Positions 12,402 to 24,351 of a DNA stretch of 64,000 nt are shown one piece after another. Both the position numbers and the translations under genes were made by a program. Under the pieces are notes generated by a model, which saw only the letters and a program-made list of their open reading frames with translations, made no database searches and was not told where the DNA came from. Numbering within the stretch: the first letter of the stretch is position 1; every line of letters starts with the position of its first letter. The stretch comes from Nemertoderma westbladi. Taxonomy: Eukaryota; Animalia; Xenacoelomorpha. Location of the stretch: positions 1-64,000 of the forward strand of contig JAUCBJ010003887.1 of assembly GCA_032718475.1 (NCBI GenBank), written 5' to 3'.

Positions 12402-15400
12402 TTATCTGATTCCTACGTTGGAAGTTGGAGCTTTCCAAGATGGTTGTCTGGCAAAAGTAGTTGGGGGGAACTCATTGTCGGTGTCCTTTTCATAAGTAAG
12501 TGCTCGATACACTGCGGTATTTATTAGGTAACAGGATTCGTTGGCGTCGGAGAATTCGTCCGTATAGAATCCTTCCATCTCAGATTCTTGATCAGTGTCA
12601 TTTACATCACTGAATTGGACATGTAGTTCGGGCTCACTTACCTGACTCGGGTTGTCTCGTTCGAACTCACTGTGTAACAAGATGTGATGTTTCGCGCCAC
12701 ACTTTGCACACTTTACGTCGGAGTAACAGGTTCGCCGTTGGTGTCCTGATCTGAGGCAATTATAGCATAACCGCTTATTCCACAGGACTGTACGTCTGTC
12801 TACAAGGGATTTCTTTAGAAATTCAGCACACGCACTCAAACGGTGGGGCCCGTCGCACAGTGTACATTTTGGTTTGATGTTACTCACTTTACCTTGGGTA
12901 ACTTGATGCACTCTCGTTCTTTCTTCGGGCTTTCTTCCGTGAATTCTCTTAGGAGACGTAGGAGGAGTTGTTGTTACCTGTTCTCTCCTGTCACTGGTTC
13001 GAGACTTGTATTTACTTACGTCTTTATAGGTCTTGTTGTCGTAGTAAGATTTTGCTGTGTCTTTCCCGCTGTCCTCTTCTTGAAAAGCTTGGCTTTCGCC
13101 GTCGTCAGTATAACACACCGGTATTATCCTTCTCCTAGAAACGGGTTTCTCACTTACCTTATTTTCCGATGTTTTCTCTCTGGACTGCTTTATGAGTTGT
13201 AATTTTACTTCACTATCTAAGAAGGACATGAGATCAGCCATGGTAGGGCTTCGTCGTTGCTGTTCATTCATATACAACACTTTCTTGTCCCAGCGCGTAC
13301 ATACTCCACCCTTTGGTAAAGTAGAGACTACGGCTCCAATAACCATGGAACTCTGATATTCATGAGACTTACCTAACCAGTCCAATTGTCTACAGATTTC
13401 CTGAATCTCATCGGAAAACTCTATAATACCGCTACTAAGGAAGTTTCGGGGGGCTACTAATTTTGCATACAAATACTTAGCTATGTTATCCTTGTTACCA
13501 TACCTGATGTTTAATGTATCCCAAACTTGTCTTAATCGTTCTGGATGTCCAATAAACTTTAACGCCATTAACTTGGGAGGTCCTTCCAAGCACTTGATGA
13601 GGAACCTAAGTTTCTCTCCGTTAGATAGCACAGAGTTCTGTATGCTGTCTTTGTAATATTCGTTGAAAGGTAACCATTTCATCTCATCTCCATTGAATTT
13701 GACGATCTCTCCCACTTTAACCGCTCGGCGGGCTTCTGTTCTAGCCATCTGACACGTAAAGCTTTCTTGGGCCATCGTGTTATTTAATATCGAATTATTG
13801 GTATATAAATTTCTCGGATCATTGTCAGGTCTATAGGGGATATCATTAATAACAGGTCTATAATCACCCTTAATAGGGTTTGCTATAGGAGTTTCTACTT
13901 CACTAGCAGTATAGATGCGTGTAGGCTCCACACCTTGCGCATGTAATACTTCAGACCTAACAGGTTGACACAATTTTACAGGGGGTATTGGTATGCCTTT
14001 TTGTATATTGACTAACTTGTCGCGTTCCAGTGCGATACTTTGCTGCACTTCTTGCAACTCTGCCCTACCTTCCCTTACTGTTCCCTTAAGTTGGTGGACA
14101 GTCTCCTGCATCTGTCCGAGCAGGAGGTTCATCCCCCGCCGTCCCTCCTCTACCCACTCGACTGCTGAAGCGGGAGTCGCCAACATTGTAGCGGGCCGAC
14201 GCTGGACGACGGGAGACAAATCTTTGATTTCTCTCTCTGCTATCAGGACAGGGATATTCTCATGGACTGTTCTACCGGGTACAGGCAGTGTAGTACTATG
14301 TAAAGGGAATTTAGAGTTAAGCTCTGGAAGTACAGGGGTCTCTAGCACAGAAGTGACTTTGGGAACGACAGGCCTAATTATTTCAGGCTCATCAACTATT
14401 GTAGGGAGTCTTTTGACCTGAATAGTTTGGTCTGTGGGTTCCGTACTACCTAAGTCTGTGCTAGCTAGCCGTCTTCTAACAGCTGGGGGCAAATCAGGCA
14501 ATTTGTGACGGTGAGATGTTTTTCTATGCCTGCTTAGACGAGATCTATTTCCTCCACCTTCAGGATCGGTGGTTTCGCTTTCCTCCGATGATGTGTATCC
14601 CTGGCGTTTGGGAGTAGATCGTCTCATCATCTGCATTTGACTAGCAGTTAACTGTTTATTTATGTTGTCTTGCGTCTCTTGCAGATTTTCCAACTCCAGT
14701 TGGGTAGTCTGCTCAGACGCTCTCCGTTCTGCTTCTGCCACTGCCTTTTCCGCCTTTGCTTCTGCCGCCGCTGCCTTTCTTTCCGTTTCTGCTTCTGCCG
14801 CCGCTGCCTTTCTTTCCGCTTCTGCTTCTGCCATGGCCGCCGCCCTTTGTTCCTCTATCCGTTTTTTCTTTACTTGTTCTTCTTGGACTCTAACGAGGCG
14901 GAGTTTTTCATCAAATTTAGCTTGGTTTGCAGCTAACATTTCCGCATCGATTGCGTCCAACACAAGCTTGGTTCCTTCACTATTAGGGTGAAGTCCAGAC
15001 AGTCGTCTCCTCAACTCTTCGTCTCCTATGAATCGCTGATAGTCTGACAGATAGATGTCAATGGCGTCTCTAGTTCGCGGCTTCTCTGCTGCTGTTAATT
15101 CGCTTTCCACTTCGCTTTCCACCTCGCTTTCCACCTCGCTTTCCACTTGAGAAGAAGTGGCGTCGGTTGATTCTTCATAGGTTGGCCGCTCATCATAAAC
15201 CGTATCCGCCATCTTCGCTCCGCGTTCGGGCGTCCGCTCAACAGTATCCGAACTACTGGAGCTATCGGGCCGCTGAGAACTAGGTTCTTGGCTAGGAGGT
15301 TGCTGCTGTTTTATAGCTTCTTCTTGATCCCGCTTGACTTGGGCCCGAGTGCCTATGGCAGACCAACGGCGCTTCACTAACTTCGCAAATTGCGAAATCG

Positions 15401-15560
15401 CTTCTACCAACCTAGGTTCTGACACAACCACTGCAGGGGTTGCCCTTCTTACAGTATGAGGGGTTTCAGACATCGGTCTGGGATTATCTACACTTTGATC
15501 TGAGAAACAGGCTGTTGTTTCTAGGAGACTATCTGACAGAGTTTGCCTTGTGTCAGCCAT
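12402..15560 (-). CDS. Gag of BEL element C (1052 aa)
   Basis: KFNGDEMKWLPF..EKLRFLIKCLEG; CTLCDGPHRLSAC, CYNCLRSGHQRRTC and CAKCGAKHHILLH, the BEL triple-knuckle pattern; ESEV and AAAEAEAERK repeats. Confidence 0.9.
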   Translation of the reverse strand: MADTRQTLSDSLLETTACFSDQSVDNPRPMSETPHTVRRATPAVVVSEPRLVEAISQFAKLVKRRWSAIGTRAQVKRDQEEAIKQQQPPSQEPSSQRPDSSSSSDTVERTPERGAKMADTVYDERPTYEESTDATSSQVESEVESEVESEVESELTAAEKPRTRDAIDIYLSDYQRFIGDEELRRRLSGLHPNSEGTKLVLDAIDAEMLAANQAKFDEKLRLVRVQEEQVKKKRIEEQRAAAMAEAEAERKAAAAEAETERKAAAAEAKAEKAVAEAERRASEQTTQLELENLQETQDNINKQLTASQMQMMRRSTPKRQGYTSSEESETTDPEGGGNRSRLSRHRKTSHRHKLPDLPPAVRRRLASTDLGSTEPTDQTIQVKRLPTIVDEPEIIRPVVPKVTSVLETPVLPELNSKFPLHSTTLPVPGRTVHENIPVLIAEREIKDLSPVVQRRPATMLATPASAVEWVEEGRRGMNLLLGQMQETVHQLKGTVREGRAELQEVQQSIALERDKLVNIQKGIPIPPVKLCQPVRSEVLHAQGVEPTRIYTASEVETPIANPIKGDYRPVINDIPYRPDNDPRNLYTNNSILNNTMAQESFTCQMARTEARRAVKVGEIVKFNGDEMKWLPFNEYYKDSIQNSVLSNGEKLRFLIKCLEGPPKLMALKFIGHPERLRQVWDTLNIRYGNKDNIAKYLYAKLVAPRNFLSSGIIEFSDEIQEICRQLDWLGKSHEYQSSMVIGAVVSTLPKGGVCTRWDKKVLYMNEQQRRSPTMADLMSFLDSEVKLQLIKQSREKTSENKVSEKPVSRRRIIPVCYTDDGESQAFQEEDSGKDTAKSYYDNKTYKDVSKYKSRTSDRREQVTTTPPTSPKRIHGRKPEERTRVHQVTQGKVSNIKPKCTLCDGPHRLSACAEFLKKSLVDRRTVLWNKRLCYNCLRSGHQRRTCYSDVKCAKCGAKHHILLHSEFERDNPSQVSEPELHVQFSDVNDTDQESEMEGFYTDEFSDANESCYLINTAVYRALTYEKDTDNEFPPTTFARQPSWKAPTSNVGIR

Positions 15561-16960
15561 GTTTGATTGTACAGTTGAATGCCTACTGCTATATTACAGT
15601 TAAAGCAAGTCTAGTAATTCAGTATCACTATTAGCCTAATAATTAATTACCGATACTGCTACTCAGTGTAGCGTGATATATATATAATATATTAGAATAC
15701 CGGTATGCTTATAATATATATATAAGTATTATTACAGACTAGATTTGTCACAGAGTACCGGTATATAAATTTAGCACAAATATATATAAATATACAATAG
15801 GCCTATCGGGAATAATGGTATACAGCTGACACTTATAGTATATATAAGTATAATTATTACAGACTAGAATTAATTACAGAATAACGGTATGATTTCAGCC
15901 CAAATTCATAGAAATAAATATAATAAGCCTATGGTAAATACCGGTATGTCAATTATTTTTAGAATAATTGAATTTCTGAATATTTTAGGGTTACTTGGTT
16001 ACTTTAACTTACTTTGTTACCGTTATTTAAGCAGTAGTCCAACTGATTTTGAGATCTAGTTGTTGTATGGCAGGCCTACTATTTATAAATCGTTTGAGTT
16101 GATTTATAATAGATATATACCCGTTTAAAAGGGGTTTTGTCAATATTTGAAATAAATGTTATTATTTCTGGGGGAGTCACTACACAGAAGCTGTGCGCTC
16201 TCAGTGAAGTGCTACCTATGGGACACTAAAACAGATAATTCTAATTTACCTAAGTTACTTAATACTACAAATTACTTACGATACGGGTGAAATTAAATCT
16301 CTAATTAAACACAACAAAAATATTACGTACGAAATTTTTAGGGTAATTTTACAGGAAGTCTACAAACCAGTCTAACAAAGGGTTAGAATTCTGGTTATTA
16401 CAACGGACAGGGTACTACGGTATTTGAAATAATAAGTAGTAGTAAATATATTGCACTGTCCAGATAGGAAAATACCACCGCCTGACGACCTATAACCGTA
16501 TCGCTATAGGTACTACGTTATGTATCACGGAGTGTTCCTACCTAGAAGCTAATTACCGCGGACTACCAGATCCAGCGTGCCTATTAACCACTTTACAACA
16601 CAAATATACTGCCTACACACTAATTACTTCGGAAAGCACTGTACACTAAACCCTAAATTAGGTACAAGTACTGGTACAACAAATAATCAGTAGTTAAATA
16701 TACTTGAACAGTTAAAAGAACCACGGCATCTGCTGGAGTGACCGAAGCACAAAGTCACCAGTCTTTTCCTACGCCAAGCAGCCCGTGTAGTACCGGGGTT
16801 AATTTAACTATAACGGTATGTGTAACAACACAATTACTGTAGGAATAAACTTGGGGACATGAATGTTGCGAATAATCGCATAAACTCTGAATAATAAATA
16901 TTACGCTACCCGTACAGAATACTCAAACAAAATACAAACCAAACGCTGGCAGACTACCAC

Positions 16961-17410
16961 CAAGCCTAAATAAACTACAGTATGTGTAGATTCCAAAATG
17001 GTTAGTTAGTATGCGTTCTAACACGGTAGTACGACTTATTCTTTAAGAGGGGATTGACCTTACAGCTATGGCTGCCCCAACTTACTAACTGGCACTCTAT
17101 CGGACAAACTCTACACACACAGCAATCTCTTCAGACCTAATAATAGCTAGACAACAATCCAGCCTACAAAATATCTGAGTAATAACTATTATGGTACCTG
17201 AACAGACCACACAAACAAACACAGGCCAAAACGTTGGCAGAATACTGTCAAGCCTAAATAAACTACAGTATGTGCAGATTCCAAAATGGTTAGTTAGTAT
17301 GCGTTCTAACACGGTAGTACGACTTATTCTTTAAGAGGGGATTGACCTTACAGCTATGGCTGCCCCAACTTACTAACTGGCACTCTATCGGACAAACTCT
17401 ACACACGCAG
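16961..17410. repeat. Tandem duplication with ~290-bp period in the C leader
   Basis: Block caagcctaaataaactacagtatgtg...ggacaaactctacac occurs at ~16961 and ~17248. Confidence 0.85.
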
Positions 17411-17636
17411 TAATCTCTCCAAACCCAACAACAATCCGACAACAGTCCGGCCTACAGTTATCTGAACAATCTGAGCAGACTTACACGTCTTCAGCTCAAT
17501 ATTAACTTACTAGGAAATAAAACTGACAGAAATAAGCAAACTATACAAAAGAATGAGGGGTGATCAATCCCTATTCCCCTGGTAGCCTACAATATACAAT
17601 AGATCACAATCGAAATAATACTAATATACTTGTACT

Positions 17637-17765
17637 GGAAGTACCGGTTAGGACAGTTGGGCCTACAGACCTACAGAAGTACCGGTTCTGGCAGTTGGAC
17701 CTACGGACCTACAGCAGTACCGGTTCTGGCAGTTGGGCCTACTGACCTACAGAAGTACCGGTTCA
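17637..17765. repeat. ~39-bp minisatellite, ~3.3 copies
   Basis: Units resembling gtaccggttctggcagttgggcctacagacctacagaa. Confidence 0.85.
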
Positions 17766-17818
17766 GGTTTACCGGTCGACCGGTACTTTCAACTTTATTG
17801 CTTACTGCAATAAAGACA

Positions 17819-17829
17819 ATAACTGTTAT
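17819..17829 (-). promoter_or_regulatory. Non-tRNA primer-binding position of C (sense ATAACAGTTAT)
   Basis: Abuts the 5' LTR end; no TGG; exact reverse complement of the sense LTR 11-mer at 18552-18562 and 6311-6321. Confidence 0.6.
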
Positions 17830-19062
17830 TGTACGCGCTTTTGAAGACCTTTAGCAGTTTAACCTGCCAAAATTTATATGTCTTTTGGTTTATAAATAGA
17901 CTTTAGAAGATGACAAATATTTAATACCAATAAACACAACATTAGCAGAAGCCAGCCTAGTGCGCGTCCATTCACCCGCTGGATATTCCCGGGAGACTGG
18001 ATTCTGAGGGCTTAGATTATTATTGCAGTGTAAGCTTACTGTATTATTCGATTGATCGTTAATAAATAATTTCTGACGAATATTATTCACTTTCGGGAAA
18101 TATTAGCAGTTCCTTTAGGACGTGGCGCTCTATCTATTTAAACAGAGCTATGACTTATACTAATCACAACGGTAAGTCGGTAAGGCTTATGATTCACGTA
18201 TGAGGCGCATTCTTTAGGAAATGCTTAGTTATCAGTCACAATCATGCACACTACCGGTAACACACAATACTGCTCACTGATTTGCCGACCGTCAATGAAT
18301 TTTATCATATATAAAGAGAACAGCAACGGATTCATGTAGTGCTTATCAAATAGCATTAAATTCACTACAAACCACAATAATATAAGTCGCAATCGCTATA
18401 TATAACCCGTCTCTCTAACCTGTAGTGTATCAAGAAAATTGGGAAATTTGGGTTCTTTATAAATGTTCTCCAAATAATATTCAACCAAACAACAGCAAAC
18501 CATTAAGACGGTAGGTTAAGATATGATATGACAATGTACTGATATGGACCGATAACAGTTATACGCTCTATAATCTTAAGCCTACTAATGTTTCTTCTAA
18601 AGTCTGAAACGAATTGACTCTAGAGCCGGTGTTCCTGGCCTAGATAGAAACAACACAACAGTATCACAAAAACAGTAAGACTGAACACTCCTAGTATGAT
18701 CGACCAAATATCTACACGTCGACAGAAAAAATCGCTCTGATTGGCTCAAGCCAAACAAAGAACCATGCGTCCAATGGCTGTTTCCATGCCAGCAACCAGC
18801 TGCGAGATGTCGCAATCTGAATCATCAAGGCCAAGCCGTGTAAAGGTATTTGGTGCATTGCAGGTTTTTTGCCTTACCATGTCCGCCAAAGCACGTATAT
18901 AGAAGAATGACTTTTATGTCCGTTAAAACACCTGTAACGGTACCTTGCGGGCGAGGGGAATATATATACAGTTAGAGAACCTTTATAGAGTATTCCAGCG
19001 CCTGGGGGGAAACTGGATTGCGAAGCAAAAGGGGCCAGTTATATCCCACAGAAGCTTATACA
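17830..19062 (-). repeat. 5' LTR of BEL element C
   Basis: TG..CA termini; TSD AAATC at 19063-19067. Confidence 0.9.
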
Positions 19063-20997
19063 AAATCCTCAAAGGTAGGGAAGCAGAGATCCCATAACGA
19101 TAAGGAAGTGTATGTACACCAGCATCCAAGACGACCAGGTTCAACCAGGTTTGTCGGACGAGGACGGTGAAGCGAGTGTGAGGGAGGTGACTTGCCAGGG
19201 ATTCACCACTGATAGTTTATTGACCAGCGCGAGGACGTATCTATCATCGGCCACGTCAGAAATATTCAGCGTGATACCGGTAAAACTTACTGGAGACAAG
19301 GGATCAAAGAGAACATATGTGATGTTGGACACTGCGTCTACATTATCATATGTAGACGAGGAAGTAGCAAGAGCCGTTTCCAGCTTCCGGGATGCCGAGG
19401 AAATCAAAATAGAGTTAAAATCTATGCATGGGGTAGGAGACGTTAAGGGACATAAAATTTATGTAGAACTACATCCTGAGAGAAGAGCACACTCGCCAAG
19501 AGCAGAGAACGTTGCCATTGGATGGATTTAAGTGTCTAGCTATGAAGGGGTTAGGCAGGCAGTTAGGTAAGGTGCCACTGATGAGTCCCATAGCACAGGA
19601 GTATTTTGACAAGCTCAGAATACTGAGACAGCAGGTAGGTTATAGGAATGTGTCTATGTTAATTGGAGCAGAACAGCTGATCACGCACCAAATATGGGAA
19701 ACGAGACCAGCTGAGCCATATGTAAATAGGCCACACACCCATAGGACTATATTAGGTTGGTATACACGAGTACCCATGTCCTATGAGTTTTCAGGTGGCG
19801 ACAAGCCAAAGGATGGACACGACGAATTACAACCTATAACACAACAACTGTTAGTAGAACCACCAGACGTAGACGAGTTTAGGAGAACCTGTATTGACCA
19901 CTATAGCGACTTTAGCAAGTCGGACAAGGATTTGATTCCCAACAATGTTACGTTGTCGGAACCACTCTATAATGACCGGACAGATAGTGAGCCCGAGGAC
20001 TACTGTTATCTGACCCATGGGTCTGGTTTAGTGGCCCACGCCACTTATTATAGTAACGTTTTGACTTATACCAATATAGTGGAGGGTCAGGTGGCAAAGT
20101 ATCGAGACCTCGACACTTTCCAATTCAGTGAAGAGGAGTTACAAAAGGAATTGATACGCCAGGAACTCGAGACAGGAGCTAGAACCATCAAATGGCTGGA
20201 TAGGGACGCGATGGAACCCAGTGGATACAATCTAACCATGTCCACCGACGAGAAGCGATCGCTAGAAATGATGGAAGAAACCATACATCTGTTACCAACA
20301 GGACACTTTGAAGTTGGAATGTTGTGGCATCAACAACCTCCTAAGTTTGCGTTTACTTGCGACATCGAGGCAATGTTTCACCAGGTAAAAGCCTGTAAGG
20401 CAGACCAGGATAGTCTCCGATTTCTCTGGTACGAGAATGAAGAACTATCCAGCCCAGTGGTTACATACCAGATGTATGTCAGGATATTCGGCGCCCGCAA
20501 CAGTCCCAACGGCATGCTGTTTGTCTTAAAGAAAATAGTGACAGCCCAGATTGGTAAGTATCCAGTAGATGTAATCGAGTCCATCCTAAGGAACTTCTAC
20601 ATGGATGACGGATTGGTGTCCAAGGACACAGTGGAACAAGCCATAGAAGTGGCTCACGGTCTACAGGAGTGCTTGGCTATGGGAGGTTTCCCACTGACCA
20701 AGTTCACCACTAATTCAGAGGCCTTATTAGAGTCGTTCCCAGTAAAGGATCGTGGGAGCAGAGACATTGAGTTGAGTGTAGAACCCATCCCCATGGCGCA
20801 AGTACTGGTTGGTTGGAATCCAAATACGGATAAATTCCAGGTGAGAGTTAGGTTTGAACCCAGTAGCCCAGACAAGACTTTGACCAAGAGAATCTGCTTA
20901 TCGACCATGAGTAGACTATTTGACCAGATGAACTTTATCAGTCCGGTAATATTACAGGCTCGCATATGTATGAGGAAAAGGAAAATCTGGCTGTCTG
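19063..20997 (+). pseudogene. gag end, protease and RT of element A (frameshift plus in-frame RT deletion)
   Basis: LDTAS protease and FYMDD; GMLWHQQPPK is joined directly to FAFTCDIEAMF, missing ~110 aa present in B. Confidence 0.9.
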
Positions 20998-22796
20998 TGT
21001 AAGGTCCAGTAGTATACCGCTTACCAAATCCTAGTAACGATTGTATCTTACCGTAAGATCTAGTAATGTATACGGGCTCGTACAGTATCTGACAACAAAT
21101 CCCAGTCCAGGATATCTAAACAAACAGATACAATACACAAACGACTACTGGCGAGGAACAGAGCCTAGTGTATATTCTATGTACGTGAGCGGGTCTAATG
21201 CCTACGAACTAGACGAAAGGATACCTGTCCTCTAACTGGTGAGGCAGATGTACAGTTACAGTAACAGACCAAACTCACGGGAAAACAATCCCCGCGCAGC
21301 GAATCCTAACTATCGCTGACAGTCCTAAATACCGTAACTTGCCGCGGTTTTGTTTATATGGTTTATATACGAGCTAGTGGGTTAACAGACCTAGCGTAAC
21401 AACGCTGATTCATGTCCTAAATCAGTCGAAAAGGGGTCGTGCCTAATGTAACAATAACTGATCCCCCTGTACGAAATCAGTCTAAAAGGTCAGGCCTAAA
21501 TGTAACAATACTTCTGAACAGGAAGCAACAGTTTAATAACGAAATGAAATACTCTCTCTTGGCGTAACTAAATATCAGATCCTAATTTACAAATGCAGAT
21601 AATTTCTACCTAAAATAATGTATACAGTAGTGCGCTATAGCTAGTAGAACTCTAAGGGCGAATATGTTTTAGGGCGTGTGTGTGTGGGTGTGTTACAAAT
21701 AAAACAATTTTATGTATCTCTTTTACTAGGTTTTAGTGATTTTCTGACCGAAATGATACCGTGCGCTAGCTACTAAAATAAACTAGTCGCGTTTTGTAGA
21801 ACTTTATACTCACAAATGACGTCAAAGCTCTCTCCTTCCTATCCACAACTCAATGGGCAACCACGGTGTTAGTAACTACACCCGTGATCGGCACTAATAC
21901 CAGATTCTGTTTGTAAGATAAGAAATAGTGGTTAATCGCTACCGTATGTTAGCTGATCTGGTATACTAATTTAATTCTAGAACTTTGTTGCCGCGGTAGT
22001 TAGCAGCAATACCTATCAGTGCGTGGCAAGGCGCGGTGGGATATTAATAAAACCTCCCTAGGCCAAGCAGTGTGCCGGTAGCAGAAATGCTCCTTGCCTG
22101 ATCAAATAGCTAACTCCAGACAGGGGGGGGGGGGGGTACTAATGTACGTTCTACAAAGCGAACCGGTACCAAACAGTCCGTACTACGAATCACTAAATTA
22201 TGGAACATATGCTGTCCGTACCTATGTACTCGCGTACTGACGAATGGCAATAGTTCGCACCTGTAGGAAGTACAGGTTAACCCAGGGGTTCGCAGGACAT
22301 AACAAAGGGGGGGGGGGGGTTCCTGTCTAAATGTAATTATTTGTTCCTAAATTTGCGGCGTCCAGGACGGCGTCACGCTTACCCTGATCTATAGGTCTTA
22401 GGGCGGGCAAGGGCGTCGAACAAAGTCTTACCTTTCTCACAAAGCGGGCGCTGCATGGCAAGTGGAGTATTTCGAAAGGCAAAGGGGGTGCGCGGTCAAA
22501 TCCAATGTGGGCGCTAGCGTGTTGTGGACATCTTTCCCCTGCGTTGCTGACGGCCTAACGGTCTAGGCTGCCATCTTCCCGATGTTTGGCTGTCCCAAAG
22601 TTTGACCAAAAGAAAACATGTTCAGGAATTTGCAGTATATTTACAGTTTTAGCAAAGGATTTATCAAACAGATTTAACAAAGTTTCAACAAGAAACCAAA
22701 TAAACTAATAACAATTTACTAAAGATACTAGCGAAGTATAAGGTATTAGGTATTAGTGAGGGGTGTTAAGAAGGTGATAACCGAAGGCAAACCGGC

Positions 22797-23045
22797 CTTT
22801 TATACTAAATATCGCACATGGAAACCAAACAGAATTTTCCACAGCTTCACATTTGAGCAATAAAGTGCTTTATGCCCTATGATTGGCCCAGCTCATCGTT
22901 CAACGCAATCCGGCCCTTACACTAATCTGGGACATGGAATCCTAACAGAATTTTCCATAGCCTCACATTTGAGCAATAAGATATTTTATGCCCCATGATT
23001 GGCCTGGCTCATCGTTCGCTACGTTGTACGCTTCTCATTGGTCCA
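22797..23045 (-). promoter_or_regulatory. Putative Pol II promoter in the B LTR (TATA plus CCAAT boxes)
   Basis: Sense TATAAAAG at 22797-22804 (39804-39811 in the 5' LTR); CCAAT at ~22881, ~22997 and ~23036, the first two in a ~115-bp internal duplication. Confidence 0.5.
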
Positions 23046-23089
23046 CCAATTTGCACCAAATGAAAATAAATGGCCCCAAAATACAAATT

Positions 23090-23160
23090 TCCCGACCGGG
23101 ATTCGAACTCGTAACCTATCTGTAATGTAACCAACGCCTTAACCATCTGACCACTACGCC
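23090..23160 (-). ncRNA. tRNA-derived, SINE-head-like sequence inside the B LTR
   Basis: Sense GGCGTAGTGGTCAGATGGTTAAGGCG (A box)...GAGTTCGAATCCC (B box); acceptor and anticodon stems do not pair; altered copy at 40097-40179. Confidence 0.65.
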
Positions 23161-23859
23161 ACGAGAGTACCTAGGGGATTTATGTGTACAAATATGAATA
23201 GGCATATTACATTACTGTAACTTAATCAAAATGCGTCGGATTTTCGAAAGTTTTTACGTTAAAGTTAAACTACAAATGCTATCTTATAGTGAAATAATTC
23301 ATCACCGCTCCATGAAAACAGTAAGTAAGACTGTTTTCACCAATCGAAATATAAAATGTTTACAAACTACTTCTAAATCTACTGGTAGGGCCTAAAATAT
23401 AAAATATAATCACTATCTAATTATTGCATACTTAATATTGCAGATACGGCGTAAATACAATCGATCGTACATACAAATACAAATTTACTAATTAACTTTA
23501 GTGCCTAAAATACAAAAAAAGGCTTTCGGTTATCAAGGTAAGCAAATTAACAAATTAGATCAAGACAAATTAAAATAAATCAAACAAATAATTTCAAATC
23601 TCTTTCGATAAATCTTTACATATTGTAAATATACATAATAAACTTCCACCAAATTAAATCAGTCTAAATATAATATAAACACAATGCGCTAATAACTTTT
23701 AAATGAGTCTTAAAGGGTCCTCTTGACGATCTTAAAAGTTCATCCTGCTGGTCTGGATATCTTCTCCTGAGCACTAATTGCTAACGGTAGGCTCGCAAGC
23801 CTTCCTTTCCATATCTCGCTCCTCCAAACCCAACATTCAAACATAATGTCCAATATAAG

Positions 23860-23907
23860 TATCCAAATATAATATCCAAATATAATATCCAAATATAATA
23901 TCCAAAT
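23860..23907. repeat. 13-bp tandem repeat (TATCCAAATATAA, ~3.6 copies)
   Basis: Directly visible between two hairpin-motif copies. Confidence 0.85.
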
Positions 23908-24351
23908 CGGTAGGCTCGCAAGCCTTCCTTCTTCTCGCTTCCTATTCCTTCGCTGAGCGGGCTCGTCCACGTCCTCTAGTGCGATTGGGGGGTGGTCGAG
24001 GTCGAACTGGGCTCGGACTTCGGCGTCGAGTCGTCGGTGGTTCCAAAACGCTAGGAAAGGGGATGACGGGAGTTTCGCACATCCGTCGTGCGCTCAATCC
24101 TCTAAATCCTCGTCCGATTCCAACTGTCGGCTTAACATCGGATCGAGTCTCCACAACGCTATGAGGAAGTCGAAAGGGTGGGACTGTTCCGTCCGCTGAC
24201 ACCTCGCTCTCTGACGTCGTTTGAATCCTAATGGGTTCAGGCAAAGCGTATCCTGTCCCTCCGCGTGGTTCTCTAGCAAGGGAAACCGTGCCCCGAGTCA
24301 TCCGGATTTGCGACTTCGATGTCGTCCTCTCGGCGACGTTTACTATCTTCT

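Larger units (their letters stand above)
9170..19062 (-). mobile_element. BEL/Pao element C, internally deleted and non-autonomous
   Basis: 5' LTR 17830-19062, ~2.3-kb leader, gag, protease, then jumps to the RNase H end (QWRHCVGTINPADIASRG) and the integrase C-terminus (LNRPASRLCLLE); RT and integrase core absent. Confidence 0.85.
20998..23304 (-). repeat. 3' LTR of B (2307 bp)
   Basis: About 99% identical to 38015-40323 by eye; preceded on the sense strand by PPT TGGAGCGG (23305-23312). Confidence 0.95.

Noticed and set aside
22123-22319. Poly-G tracts in the B LTR as a G-quadruplex switch
   Set aside because: Simple homopolymers whose length differs between the two LTRs; no evidence of function and prone to sequencing error
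23090-23160. Functional tRNA gene
   Set aside because: Acceptor and anticodon stems do not pair; kept only as a tRNA-derived sequence
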